In this document: piece by piece, positions 1-12,379 of the stretch
Position numbering within the stretch: position 1 is the first letter of the stretch
How the letters are laid out: each line of letters opens with the position of its first letter
Origin: Phyllobates terribilis
Taxonomy: Eukaryota
Length of the DNA: 64,000 bases
Direction: 5' to 3'
Assembly (NCBI RefSeq): GCF_046119375.1
Contig: NW_027362769.1
Span: 360,406,001 to 360,470,000 of the forward strand
Notes under the pieces: generated by a model
The model's input: only the letters and a program-made list of their open reading frames with translations
Told to the model about the DNA's origin: nothing
Database searches by the model: none
Translations under genes and position numbers: made by a program

Positions 1-1850
1 CAGTGTGTATAGTATATAGAGCTGCCTGTACAGTATATAGAGCAGTGTGTACAGTATATAGAGCAGCCTGTACAGTATATAAAGCAGGGTGTACAGTATA
101 TAGAGCAGTGTGTACAGTTTATAGAGCAGCCTGTACAGTTTATAGAGCAGTGTGTACAGTATATAGAGCTGCCTGTACAGTATATAGAGCAGTGTGTACA
201 GTATATAGAGCAGCCTGTGCAGTATACAGAGCAGTGTACAGTATATAGAGCAGTGTGTATAGTATATAGAGCAGCCTGTACAGTATATAGAAGAGTGTGT
301 ACAGTATATAGAGAGGTGTGTACAGTATATAGAGCAGCGTGTACAGTATATAGAGCAGTGTGTATAGTATATAGAGCAGCCTGTACAGTATATAGAAGAG
401 TGTGTACAGTATATAGAGCAGTGTGTATAGTATATAGAGCTGCCTGTACAGTATATAGAGCAGTGTGTACAGTATATAGAGCAGCCTGTACAGTATATAG
501 AGCAGTGTGTACAGTATATAGAGGTGCCTGTACAGTATATAGGGCAGTGTGTACAGTATATAGAGCAGCCTGTACAGTATATAGAGCAGTGTCTTTAGTA
601 TATAGAGCTGCCTCTACACTATATAGAGCAGTGTGTACAGTATATAGAGCAGGGTGTACAGTATATAGAGCAGGGTGTACAGTATATAGAGCAGTGTGTA
701 TAGTATATAGAGCAGTGTGTACAGTATATAGAGCAGCCTGTACAGTATACAGAACATTGTACAGTATATAGAGCAGCCTGTACAGTATATAGAGCAGTGT
801 GTACAGTATATAGAGCAGCGTGTACAGTATATAGAGCAGTGTGTATAGTATATAGAGCAGCCTGTACAGTATATAGAGCAGCCTGTACAGTATATAGAGC
901 AGTGTGTATAGTATATAGAGCAGTGTGTACAGTATATAGAGGAGCCTGTACAGTATATAGAGCTACCTGTACAGTATATAGAGCAGTGTGTACGGTATAT
1001 AGAGCAGCCTGTACAGTATATAGAGCAGTGTGTACAGTATATAGAGCTGCCTGTACAGTATATAGAGCAGTGTGTACAGTATGTAGAGCAGTATATACAG
1101 TGTATAGAGCAGTGTGTACAGTATATAGAGCAGTGTGTACAGTATATAGAGCTGCCTGTACAGTATATAGAGCAGTGTGTACAGTATATAGAGCAGCCTG
1201 TACAGTATATAGAGCAGTGTGTACAGTATATAGAACAGCCTGTACAGTATATAGAGCAGTGTGTACAGTATATAGAGCAGTATATACAGTGTATAGAGCA
1301 GTGTGTACAGTATATAGAGCAGTGTGTACAGTATATAGAGCAGCCTGTACAGTATATAGAGCAGTGTGTACAGTATATAGAGCAGTGTGTGCAGTATATA
1401 GAGCAGCATATACAGTGTACAGAGCAGTGTGTACAGTATATAGAGCAGTGTGTACAGTATATAGAGCAGCCTGTACAGAATATAGAGCAGCCTGTACAGT
1501 ATATAGAGCTGCCTGTACAGTATATAGAGCAGTGTGTACAGTATATAGAGCAGCCTGTACAGAATATAGAGCAGCCTGTACAGTATATAGATCAGTGTGT
1601 ACAGTATATAGTTCAGTGTGTACAGTATATAGAGCAGCCTGTACAGTATATAGAGCAGTGTGTACAGTATATAGAGCAGTATATACAGTGTATAGAGCAG
1701 TGTGTAAAGTATATAGAGCAGTGTGTACAGTATATAGAGTAGTGTGTACTGTATATAGAGCAGCCTGTACAGTATATAGAGCAGTGTGTACAGTATATAG
1801 ATCAGTGTATTCAGTATATAGAGCAGCCTGTACAGTATATGAAGTTATCT
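1..1850 (+). repeat. 21-bp tandem satellite (CAGTATATAGAGCAG[TG/CC]TGTA)n, begins before the window
   Basis: Direct inspection shows near-continuous 21-bp units. The same unit occurs at ~37159-39080 (reverse) and ~51545-52180 (forward). Confidence 0.97.
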
Positions 1851-2693
1851 GTACATTGTATACAGTATTGTGTTTAATATATACAGTAGTAAGTACACTG
1901 GATGTAGCAGATTGTACAGCATAGAGAGAATGTGCACCTTATATACATGAGTTTTTACACTATATGCAGCAGTGTATAACAGGGGAGATGTAATAAAGTC
2001 CCATTTGATATACAGTATATTGCAGTACTGTTTGTACTCTCCATAATTTCTTTAGGAGCATTAAGCCTCATGGACATATCCTTACACTCATACGTGAATA
2101 CTGACTTTATTTCTTTTTCACGGATCTCACTGACACATTTGTCAATTTCACGGGTATATCTAATTTAGACACCGCCATGTCGCATTTCTCCTTTGTATCC
2201 CAGGAGTCTTTTGTTGTATTTATATACTCAACCTCCAATTAATTTCCTTCCCTTTACATATCTCTTCTTCACAGACACATCACACTTTCAATATATATTT
2301 TTCATCAAGAATTAGTAAATTATTTACATTAATATGTATTTTTTATATTTCCGCTAGTTGTCTTTTAATTCTCATGCAAAACATTTTTTTCAGTCACAAT
2401 GATTAAAAAGTAATCTTACCTTTTATAGAGACACCATTTTTTTATTTGCATTGATTACTTTTTTTTTTTTTTTACATTTATTTCTACTGAATATTTTTTT
2501 CATTAGTGCATACAACATTTTTTAAACCTTTTTTTCCTTTTGGAAAATTCATTTTTTTGCTCAATGTTCTCTTTTTCACTTTTTTTTTCTTTTACCCCAG
2601 CATTATTTGTATTTGACAATGGAATGATCACGCACACCTCATATGGGCGGCTTTATCAATTGGTGCAATTTTTTGAATCGTCAAACTTTTTAA

Positions 2694-3509
2694 CCCCTTA
2701 GTGACCAATAGATGTCTTTTTACTGACCTGCTATATAAGAGACTAGCGTTCCCCCACAGGTGACTATCCTGTAACTGTCACCTGTACACTATAGCTGCCA
2801 ACTTGCTGCATCAGCCACAATCAGTGTTAGCACCGACCTTGGACGTTTAACCCCTTAGATTCTGCTGTCAATAGTGACTACAGCATCTAAATAGTTAACA
2901 GATTGTGGGGGCGCCCTCTTTGACCTCATCGGCACCCTGAGATCTTGATTGCGTGGTCCTGATGTTTGCCATGGCAGGTAATGGCCAAATAACGGCCTTA
3001 GAGTGTTCCGGCTATAGTGGCCTGTTCAGAAGTTATCAAAATTTAGGTGGTAAAAATAAACTTTTTCATTCTTTTCATGCCACTTTCCATTATTTCCTGA
3101 AAAGAACCAGAAGGGTTAATGAACTACCTGAAAGCAGTTTTAAGTACCTTGAGGGGTGCAGTTTTTAAAATGGTATGACTTTTGGGTGGTTTCCAACATA
3201 TGGGACCCCCAAAGTCACTTCAAAACTGAATTGGTCCCTATAAAAATACATTTTGTAAATTTCCTGGAAAAAATGAAAAATTACTGCTACATTTTTAAAA
3301 CTTCTAAAATGTTAACAAAATAAAACAACGCTTTACAAATGGAGCTGATGTAAAGCAGACATGAGGGAAATGTTATTTATTAATGTTTTTGTGTGGTATG
3401 ACTATTGGGATTAAAGGGATAGTCATACAAAGTTTGAAAATTGCAATTTTTAAAATATTTTTGTCAAATTTCTGATATTTTTATAAATAAACTCAAAACA
3501 TATTTAAAT
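2694..3509. mobile_element. Partial non-autonomous TTAA-type (piggyBac-like) element fragment
   Basis: Starts TTAA|CCCCTTA. Region ~3100-3500 is similar to ~11180-11560 of the TTAA element nested in the Gypsy. No right end seen. Confidence 0.4.
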
Positions 3510-3514
3510 AGTGA

Positions 3515-3962
3515 TATTATGATCTGCAAAAAGTACTAAGGAAAGTAAGGGGAAAGCTATCCCTACAGTAAGACTAAGCTGAATCCCTACAATGTAGCGG
3601 GCTGCCTGTTCCTTGCGAACAGACCCGCCTTAGTCCTCGGATAGTCTGAACGAAGACCTATAGCATAAGGGAGGGGTCCCTAAAAGAACTTAGGACTGGA
3701 ACAAAAATGGGACTCCTCCTAAACAGAGAAGTTGTTGCAGAACACAAAAAGATAAACTGACAAAAGGTACTAGAGGTCCCAGAAGGACCAAGCGAACTGA
3801 CAGAGAAAGGCACCGAAGCACCTGGCTAGCAAAACAGACAAACAACACTGAAGTCCAGCACAGCCAAAAGGGTGGAGCTGGAATATAAAGGCAGATGGTC
3901 ACGTGTCCGCAAAACACAAGATGGAAAAAACAAACAAAAAAACAAACAGGAGGGTTCTAACA
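3515..3962 (-). repeat. 3' LTR of the Gypsy element
   Basis: Direct repeat of 14544-14980, roughly 90-93% identical by eye. Ends T(A/G)TTA...TAACA. Confidence 0.93.
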
Positions 3963-3976
3963 GTACCCCCTCTTTT
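3963..3976 (-). other. Polypurine tract (AAAAGAGGGGGTAC) preceding the 3' LTR
   Basis: Purine run on the minus strand immediately upstream of the LTR's TGTTAG. Confidence 0.85.
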
Positions 3977-4073
3977 ATGAGGATCCTCCGGATCCTCCAA
4001 GCCCAGGCCTATCCGGAAACCTCCTGTGGAAAGCTCTAATAAGCATAGGAGCAGAGACATCATCCGCCCTTAC

Positions 4074-6503
4074 TCAGGAGTTATCTTCGGGACCGAAACC
4101 CTTCCAGGAGACGAGATACTGTAATCTCACTCTATGCCATCTAGAATTCAAGATACGTGAAATTTCATATTCGCCGTCTTCCACCACAGGAGGAACTGAG
4201 ACAGTGGCATCCCTATCTGATACATCAGCTTTTTTCAACAAGGAAACATGAAACACAGGATTAATCTTCCAGGAAGTAGGGACATCCAACCTAACAGCAG
4301 ACCGGTTAATAACCTGAAGCACTTTAAATGGACCCACAAACTTAGGACCCAGTTTTTTAAAGGGAATCCTCAACCGCAAGTTCCTTGAGGACAACCAAAC
4401 CATGCCACCCATAGTAAACAAAACCTCCTTACGTTTCCTATCAAAATACTTATTGGACTTCCTGTTAGCCTCTTGAAGGTTGCAACGTACATTAGTCCAA
4501 ACTGTCTCCAAATCACCGGAAAAATTCTCCTCCCCCAGCACCGTCAACCCCAATTTGGAGAACGAACCAAAAGGAGAACACCCAGCAGAGGAGGATGTAT
4601 GATTGTTAAGAGCAAATTCTGCGAGAGGCAGAAGCTCAGACCACACCTCTTGATTGTCCGCCACAAAACAACGCAAAAACTGTTCTACATCTTGGTTCTT
4701 TCTTTCAGTCTGTCCATTAGACTCAGGATGATACCCAGACGAAAATGACAAATGGACTCCCAACCTGTCACAAAAAGCACGCCAAAAGCGAGCCACAAAC
4801 TGAGGTCCTCTATCAGAAACAATATCCGTGGGAACACCATGAAGCTTGACAATCTCCTTAACAAACGTTTTAGCGAGAGTCTTGGCGCAGGGCCACGTAA
4901 TGAATGGAACCAAATGACACATCTTACTAAAACGGTCCAAGACCACCCAGATGAAACCCTTGTACCCAGGCAGATCAGAAATAAAATCCATTGTGAGATG
5001 CGTCCAAGGCGCACTAGGAACCTCCAGAGGGCAAAGCAACCCCGCAGCAGGAGTATGTGAAGCCTTTGACCTAGCACACACAGTACATTGACGCATCCAC
5101 TTTATGACTTCCTTCTGCCATCCAGGCCACCAAAAACTGCGACTGATAAGTCTCTTAGTCTCAGAAATTCCCGGATGACCTGCCAACCGAGACTCATGAC
5201 ACTCCACAAACAACTCTCTCCTAAAGGTTCTAGGCACGAACAATCTCCCATGGGGAGTGTTAGGTGGAGCATCATCTTGAGCTTTCAGAATCCCATTCTC
5301 CAAAACGGAGTCCAATGCCGACACCACAACTCCTTTCTGTAAAATGTTCTCCTCCTCCTCGGCACCGACCGTAGGAGAGAAGCTGCAAGATAAATCATTG
5401 GCTTTAACATTCTTTGTACCAGGGATATAGGTAACAGAAAAATGAAACCGAGAAAAAAAAGTGCTCACCTAGCTTGGCGGGCATTCAAGCACTTGGCAGC
5501 ATTCAGATAGATCAAATTCTTATGATCTGTGAAAACCTGAATAGGAAATCTAGCGCCTTCCAAAAAATGACGCCAATGTTCAAACGCGAGTTTAATAGCC
5601 AACAACTCCCGATTTCCAACATCATAATTCAATTTGGTTTTCAAATTTTTTTTCGAAAACAAGGCACAAGGATGTACTCTATCCCTGTTCTCCTAAGACA
5701 AAACTGCTCCGACCCCGACCGATGAAGCATCGACCTCGACCAAAAAAGGCTTGGTCTCATCAGGCTGCATAAGGATAGGGGTAGAACTGAACCTCTCTTT
5801 GAGATACTCAAACGCTTCAATGGCCTCAGTAGTCCACTGGGCCGTATTCGCTCCTTTCCTGGTGAGATCGGTTAAAGGCTTAACAATTACAGAAAAATTC
5901 TTATTGAATTTCCTGTAATAATTGGCAAAACCCAAAAATCTCTGTATAGATTTCAAACCAATAGGCCTAGGCCCTTCCTGAACAGCCTGAACCTTCACCG
6001 GGTCCTTCTCAAAGACCTCGCTGGAGACAATGTAGCCCAAAAAACTAATTTTTTGCACAGCAAACTCACATTTCTCCAGCTTAACAAAGAGTGAATTATC
6101 ACTCAATAACTGCAAAACTTCACGTACACTCTGCCAATGGGACTCCAGATCTGGTGAATAAATCAAAATGTCATCCAAATACACAACCACATTCTTACCA
6201 ATCAAAGGTCTCAGAATGTCATTAATAAGGTTCTGAAAAAATGCAGGTGCATTGGTAAGACCAAAAGGCATCACCAGATTCTCAAAATGACCTACCGGAG
6301 TGTTAAAAGCAGTTTTCTATTCATCACCCTCCTTCACTCGTAACAAATTGTATGCCCCCCGGAGATCAATCTTAGAGAACCACTTGGCCACCACTAACTG
6401 GTTACACAAGTCAGGAATTAACGGCAATGAGTAGGAATTGCGTACGGTAATCTTATTAATTTCACGAAAATCCAGACATGGACGTAAACCCCCGTCCTTT
6501 TTT
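4074..6503 (-). pseudogene. Gypsy pol remnant: RT, RNase H, integrase, chromodomain
   Basis: ORFs 5693-6274 (VVVYLDDILIYS), 5465-5662 ([19 protein letters not shown]) and 4074-5468 ([56 protein letters not shown]). Broken by an in-frame TAG at 6317-6319, a stop at 5693 and a frameshift at ~5466. Confidence 0.93.
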
Positions 6504-7733
6504 TTAACCCCTTTCTGACCCAGGGCGTATTAGTACGTATCTGTGCCCTGGGCCTTATGGGCCTGATATGTATTAATATGCTCTGGCGATTTCACCCGCA
6601 CACAAGCGGTGTGGGCGAGATTGCCGCCGGGTGTCACCTAATTGTTACAGCTGACACACGGTACTATGTGCAGGGAGCTTCTGCCGGCGTGCAGCGGCGT
6701 CTGAATCCGGTCCCGGATGTTGCCATGGTGACCCGACGTCATCATGACAATATCCGGGACAGCAGGAGGCAGGAAGTTGCTTTGGTCATGCGCAGTGCAC
6801 GACCAAAGTAACTTCTCCCTGTGCAGCGCTGACAGGCTGCATGGCATAGGGAGCTGCTGCTCTCTATGCCATGCAAGCGATCAGGTTGCAAAAATTGAAA
6901 GTCCCATAGTGGGACAATGTGAAAAAGTAATAAAAATGTCAGAAAGTGAAAAAAAAAAAAAAAAAAATTGTAAAAATATAAAAAAAAAAAAAATGAAAAA
7001 AATAACAATAAAAAAATATATATATTGTACCCATAAATAAATAATCTTATGAAAAAAATAAAAATAAACCAATAAAAGTACACATATTTGGTATCGCCGC
7101 GTCCGGAACGACCTGACCTATAAAACTGTCCCACTAGTTAACCCCTTTAGTGAACTCGGTAAAAAAAAACAAAAAAATGAAACATAAAACAATGTTTTAT
7201 CATCATACCACCAAACAAAAAATGGAATAAAACGTGATCAAAAAGACGAATGTAAATAAAAATGGTAGCGTGAAAACGTCATCTTGTCCCGCAAAAAAGA
7301 AGCCACAATACGGCCCCAACAACAGAAAAATAAAAAAGTTATAGCTCTCAGAATAAAGCGATGCAAAAACAATTCTTTTTTCTATAAAATAGTTTTTATT
7401 GTGTAAAAGCGCGAAAATATATATATATAAAAAAAAATGTGGTACCGCTGTAAACGTACTGACCCGAAGAATAAAGCTACCTTATCAATTTTTCCACACG
7501 CAGAACGGCATAAAAAAAAAAAAAAAAAAAAAAAACAATTCCTGAATTGTTGGCTTTTGTTTATTCTGCCTCCCAAATATCGGAATAGAAAGCGATCAAA
7601 AAATGTCATTTGCCCAAAAATGATACCGATAAAAACGTCAACTTGTCCCGCAAAAAACAAGCCGTCACATAACTCTGTCGGCCGAAAAATGGAAAAATTA
7701 TAGCTCTCAAAATGTGGCGATGCAAAAACTAGT

Positions 7734-8694
7734 TGTTACGAATCCGGGTGGTGGAACCTCTGTGCTGCGGTGCAAGGAGGGACCAGAGGGGCGTAACTAT
7801 GTATCAACTTGGACCGACCAAGGTCATACGGCGGCTCAATCGACTCGGTGACCAGGTAGGGACCGAGCAGAGGGACCAGGTGCTACTCTGGGCACCGACC
7901 TTGTATGAGAGCAGGTGACTGCTACGGGTCAGAAGGCAGGGACTGACCGGTACAGCAGATGAGCACGGCAGGCAGGCTGACGGGTGATCCGGGCAGATGG
8001 GCTGGCAGGCACGGCAGGTAACAGGCAGAGGCCTCCAGGTAGGCTGGCTGGTAGGCACGGCAGGTAACAGGCAGGTGCTTCTAGGTAAGCGAGCTGGCAG
8101 GCACGGCATGTAACAGGCAGGAGCCTCCAGGTAGGCTGGCTGGTAGGCACGGCAGGTAACAGGCAGGTGCTTCTAGGTAAGCGAGCTGGCAGGCACGGCA
8201 GGTAACAGGCAGGTGCTTCCAGGAAAGCAGGCGGACAGAGCCCCTAGACAGACAAGCGGACTGGACTGTAGACAGACTGTTGGGCTGGAGAGTAGACAAG
8301 CAGGCGGACTGGACTTGTAGTCAGGCTGGCGGACTGGAGTTGTAGTCAGGCTGGCGGGCTGGACTAGTAGTCTGGCTGGCGGACTGGACTTGTAGTCAGG
8401 CTAGCAGCGGGACCTGAGGGCTGAAGCAGAGTATAACACACAAAGCTACAACCTTGCACGGGCACCTCCATATTGGAGGAGGTGCCTTTTATAGGGAAGT
8501 CCTCCGGCCATTGGCCGGGGACTTTTTAGAATGGCGCGCGCGGCCCCTTTAAGAGGGAGGAAGAGCGCGCCATAAGCACGGAGCCAGGGAAGCTGTGTGC
8601 ACCAGCAGCAGCTGCAGGGGGCCAGAAGACGCCGGAGCAGGACCGCGGCGGTAGGGGGGACGGCCGGGCAAGAGGCAGAGACGCCGATGCTACA
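7734..8694. mobile_element. Solo LTR (961 bp) with internal short tandem repeats
   Basis: TGTTACG...GCTACA termini with 5-bp TSD CTAGT (7729-7733, 8695-8699). Confidence 0.8.
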
Positions 8695-8848
8695 CTAGTC
8701 TTTGCAAAAAAAATGCATCTTTTAGTGTGTGACAGCTGTCAATCATAAAAACCCGATATGAATCTGGCATCGCTGTAATTGCACCGGCCCGAAGAATAAC
8801 ATCGTTTAATCACTTATACCACATGAGGAACGGCGTAAAAAATAAACT

Positions 8849-9010
8849 TTAGGGTTAGGGTTGTGCTAGGGTTAGGGTTGTGCTAGGGTTTGGGTTAATG
8901 TTGGACTAGGGTTAGGGTTGGGCTAGGGTTGGGGTTAGGGTTGGGGTTAGGGTTGGGCTAGGGTTGGGGTTAGGGTTGGGATAGTGTTGGGCTAGGGTTA
9001 GGGTTGGGCT
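8849..9010 (+). repeat. Degenerate telomere-like tract (TTAGGG / AGGGTTGGGCT units), left half
   Basis: Direct inspection; G-rich and continued at 9625-9741. Confidence 0.9.
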
Positions 9011-9044
9011 CCCTGACGAAGGCCTGCCGAAACGCGCGTAGGGG
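9009..9044 (+). ncRNA. Minimal type I hammerhead ribozyme motif
   Basis: CUCC-CUGACGA-A-GGC(CU)GCC-GAAA-C-GCGC-GUA-GGGG. Conserved core CUGAnGA/GAAA, palindromic stem III ACGCGCGU, predicted cleavage after GUA (9040), stem I CUCC/GGGG. Confidence 0.75.
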
Positions 9045-9624
9045 TGACACCACTAGGCCCCCCTTCCCCCTTCTTTTTTCCTCCATCTGTTGCACCACTG
9101 GTATTTGCAAATTTGGGTAATTATTGGCTATTCATTTTTGATATTTTGCCTTTTACTTCCCATATGCTCTCCTTGCTCTCTCCTTCTTTTTGCATACTCT
9201 TAGGTATCTGGGAATTGTCCCTTATTGATGCTATTATCTATATATGCCTTTGTGGTGCTACTAATACATACCTCTGATTGCTGTTAATATTGGGTTATTG
9301 TGTCCCCCCCCCCCGGGGGGGGGGGGAGGGGGAGAGAGGGAGGGGGTGTCTCTTGGTGTCCTTGGTTTTTCAATCACATATGTGGCACTTTGTGCCTTTA
9401 AGCTCTTTCATGTATTACTTTTTTGACTTGTGTATTTAATAAAATTATATATTTTTTCTATTCTCATTTGGGGCCTTGTTGTCGCTTTTCTTTTTCTCTC
9501 ATTTTTTCATGTTTCTTTGCGATGCCCCTTATACCTATATTATTATATTCCTATGTCTGCCTACTAGTATTCCATGATTGATGGATATGATTATGCGGGC
9601 GTTTCTGTGGTATATTCTTTATAT
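9011..9624 (+). mobile_element. Probable Penelope-like pLTR or retrozyme-like insert (614 bp)
   Basis: Non-telomeric T-rich insert splitting the telomere-like tract. Begins with the hammerhead core and has a downstream AATAAA (~9438). No ORF. Confidence 0.55.
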
Positions 9625-9741
9625 AGGGTTAGGGTTGGGCTAGGGTTAGGGTTGGGCTAGGGTTAGGATTGGGCTAAGGTTAGGCTAAGGTTAGGTTTAG
9701 GCTAGGGTTAGGGTTGGGCTAAGGTTCGGGTTGGGGTTGGG
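9625..9741 (+). repeat. Degenerate telomere-like tract, right half
   Basis: AGGGTTAGGGTTGGGCT units resume in register with the left tract. Confidence 0.9.
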
Positions 9742-9786
9742 ATTTTTTCAGAAGTAAAGAAAAAAAAATGACGACGATATGGCGAC

Positions 9787-10093
9787 TAGTGAGCTCAAGT
9801 ACTCGCTACTTGAGCTTGCATCGGGTGCTTGGGTCTACACCGAGTATAGTGGGTGCTCGAGTGAGATGCTCGATTCTCCTCCCCAAATGTTTTGCAGCTG
9901 TTATACAGCCAAAAAAAACCTTGCGGGGATTGCCTGCCATGCAGGAGCGATCTCCGCATATTTATTTTTGGGTGTCTAATAAAAAAACATGCGGGGCAGG
10001 GACTCGAGCATGTCACTTGAGCACCCGCGATACTTGGTGCATACCCTAGTACCTGATGCAAACTCAAATAGCGAGCACTTGCACTCAAGACTA
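9787..10093. mobile_element. Palindromic hAT-type MITE
   Basis: TAGT...ACTA termini and long imperfect internal inverted symmetry. Degenerate 8-bp TSD ATGGCGAC / ATGACAAC. Confidence 0.7.
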
Positions 10094-10164
10094 ATGACAA
10101 CTTATTCAATATGATGACCTAATGTTAGCAAATTCTGTGTCGTACCTCTGGGTTCAAAATGTTC

Positions 10165-11170
10165 ACTATACCCCTTGATAAAAACCTGGAGGGGTGTAGC
10201 TTCCAAAAAGGAGTCACTGGTGGGAGGGTGGGGTGGTTTCCACTATTTAGGCACATCAGGGACTCCCCAAACGCAACCTGTTACCCTTGTGAAAATGCAA
10301 AATTGGGGGGCTGAAAAACATTTTTGTTGAAAAAATGTGAAAATGTTATTTTCACGGTTCAATGCTATAAACTTCTGTGAAGTACCTGGGGGTTCAGAGT
10401 GCTCACCACAAATCTAGATAAGTTCCCTAAGGGGTCTAGTTTCCAAAATGGTGTCACTTGTGGGGGCTTTCCACTGTTTAGGCACATCAGGGGCTCCCCA
10501 AACGTAACATGGCGTCCGCTAATTATTCAAGCAAATTTTACATTCAAAAAGTCAAATGGCGCTCCTTCCCTTCCGAACCCTGCCGTTCGCCCAAACAGTG
10601 GTTTCCCCCCACATATGGGGTATCAGCTTACTCAGGAGAAATTGCACAACAAATTGCATGGTGCAATTTCTCCTGTTACCCTTATGAAAATGCAAAATTG
10701 GGGGCAGAAAAACATTTTTGTTGAAAAAATGTGAAAATTGTATTTTTACGGCTAAATGTTATCAACTTCTGTGAAGCACCTGGGGGTTCAAGGTGCTCAC
10801 CACACATCTAGATAAGTTCCCTACGGGGTCTAGTTTCCTAAATGGGGTCACTTGTTGGGAGTTTCCACTGTTTAGGCACATCAGGGGCTCCCCAAACGCA
10901 ACATGGTGTCCGCTAATTATTCAAGCAAATTTTACATTCAAAAAGTCAAATGGCGCTCCTTCCCTTCCAAACCATGCCGTGCGCCCAAACAGTGGTTTTT
11001 CCTCACATATTGGGTATCTGCGTGCTCAGGGGAAATTGCACAACTAATTTTTGTTTCCATTTTTTCCTGTTACCCCTGCGAAAATAAAAAATATTTGGGT
11101 CTAATTAACATTTTTGTGAAAAAAGTTAAATGTTCATTTTTTTCTTCCACATTCCAAAATTTCCTGTGAA
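10165..11170 (+). repeat. ~394-bp direct repeats (about 2.5 copies) internal to the TTAA element
   Basis: Near-identical blocks starting ~10399 and ~10793, plus a deleted copy at ~10165. Confidence 0.8.
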
Positions 11171-11741
11171 GCATGTGAAGGGTTAATAAACTTCTTGAAT
11201 GTGGTTTTGAGCACCTTGAGGGGTGAAGTTTTTAGAATGGTGTCACTTTTGGGTATTTCTGTCATAAAGGCCCCTCAAAGTCACGTAAAATGTGATGTGG
11301 GCTCTAAAAAAATGTTTTTGTAAATTTTGTTAAAATGAGAAATCGCTGGTCAACTTTTAACCCTTATAGCTCCCTACTAAAAAAAAAATGTTGTTCCAAA
11401 ATTGTGCTGATGTAAAGTAGACATGTGGGAAATGTTATTTATTAACTATTTTGTGTGACATATCTCTTTGATTTAAGGGCATAAAAATTTAAATTTTGAA
11501 AATTGCAAAATTTTCAAAATTTTTGCCAAATTTCTGATTTTTTCACAAATAAACGCAAGAGATATCGAAGAAATGTTACCACTATCATGAAGTACAATAT
11601 GTCACGAAAAAAGATTCTTAGAATCTGGGGAATCCGTTGAAGCGTTCCAGAGTAATTACCTCATAAAGTGACAGTGGTCAGAATTGCAAAAATTGGCCTG
11701 GTCATTAACGCGCAAACCACCCTCTGGCGTAAAGGGGTTAA

Positions 11742-12364
11742 CAAAGAAAAATCCAACTGCCACAGGCGACTTAGAAGGTCTAATGTGACCAGCAGCCAGG
11801 CTAGTCTGTATGTACTCCTCCAAGGCCTTTCTTTCAGGGATAGTCAGATTAAACAAGCGACTCTTGGGAAGAGTAGCTCCCGGAACAAACTAAATGGCGC
11901 AATCATAATCCCTATGAGGTAAAACTTGTGTCTCCTCCTCCTAAAAAACCCTCCAAAAATCTTGAATAGGTACACGTAATTCCCCTTTTTCCACAGCCGC
12001 AATGCGACCATTACAACATTTATCATAGCACTTCGGACTCCAAGACTTTATCATATTTGTAGACCAGTCCAGCAAAGAATTGTGCAGTTTTAACCAAGGC
12101 AAAACCTAGAACGACCGGAGAGGGTAAATTATTTAATACAACCAAGTCCAAAATTTCTTGGAGAAGTCTATTGATAGTGAGAGGAAATGCAGCAACCTTG
12201 TGAGTAATACATTTCAAGGGAGTGTTATCAATAGCAATCACAGAAATAGGTGATGACAAAGGTTTGGATTTCAATTTAAGTTTTTCCAAAAACCCTTTAT
12301 CAATCACATTAAGTGTTGAACCACAATCCACAATTACCTGAAATTCAATCAAATTTTCCTGCAA
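11742..12364 (-). pseudogene. Gypsy protease and RT N-terminal remnant
   Basis: VIVDCGS aspartic-protease-like motif (ORF 12023-12364); [10 protein letters not shown]...[16 protein letters not shown] (ORF 11656-11856). Confidence 0.85.
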
Positions 12365-12379
12365 AGTAGTACTCCCTGA

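Larger units (their letters stand above)
6508..11737. mobile_element. 5.2-kb non-autonomous TTAA-target (piggyBac-like) element inserted in the Gypsy RT
   Basis: TTAA duplicated at 6504-6507 and 11738-11741, with terminal CCCCTTT / AAAGGGG. Removing it restores [15 protein letters not shown]. Confidence 0.88.

Noticed and set aside
3-1924. Long ORFs of (CTVYRAV)n, (VQYIEQ[C/P])n and (LLYILYT)n here and at 37311-39274 and 51351-52439
   Set aside because: These are translations of a 21-bp (7-codon) satellite that lacks stops in some frames; there is no promoter, splice or domain evidence.
4074-5468. Functional 464-aa integrase or active retrotransposon
   Set aside because: The ORF start is created by a frameshift, the chromodomain is truncated by a stop, RT and gag are interrupted, and the LTRs have clearly diverged.
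8849-9741. Interstitial telomere or chromosome-fusion scar
   Set aside because: The repeats are short, degenerate, one-directional and located inside a TSD-bounded transposon; there is no head-to-head TTAGGG/CCCTAA junction.
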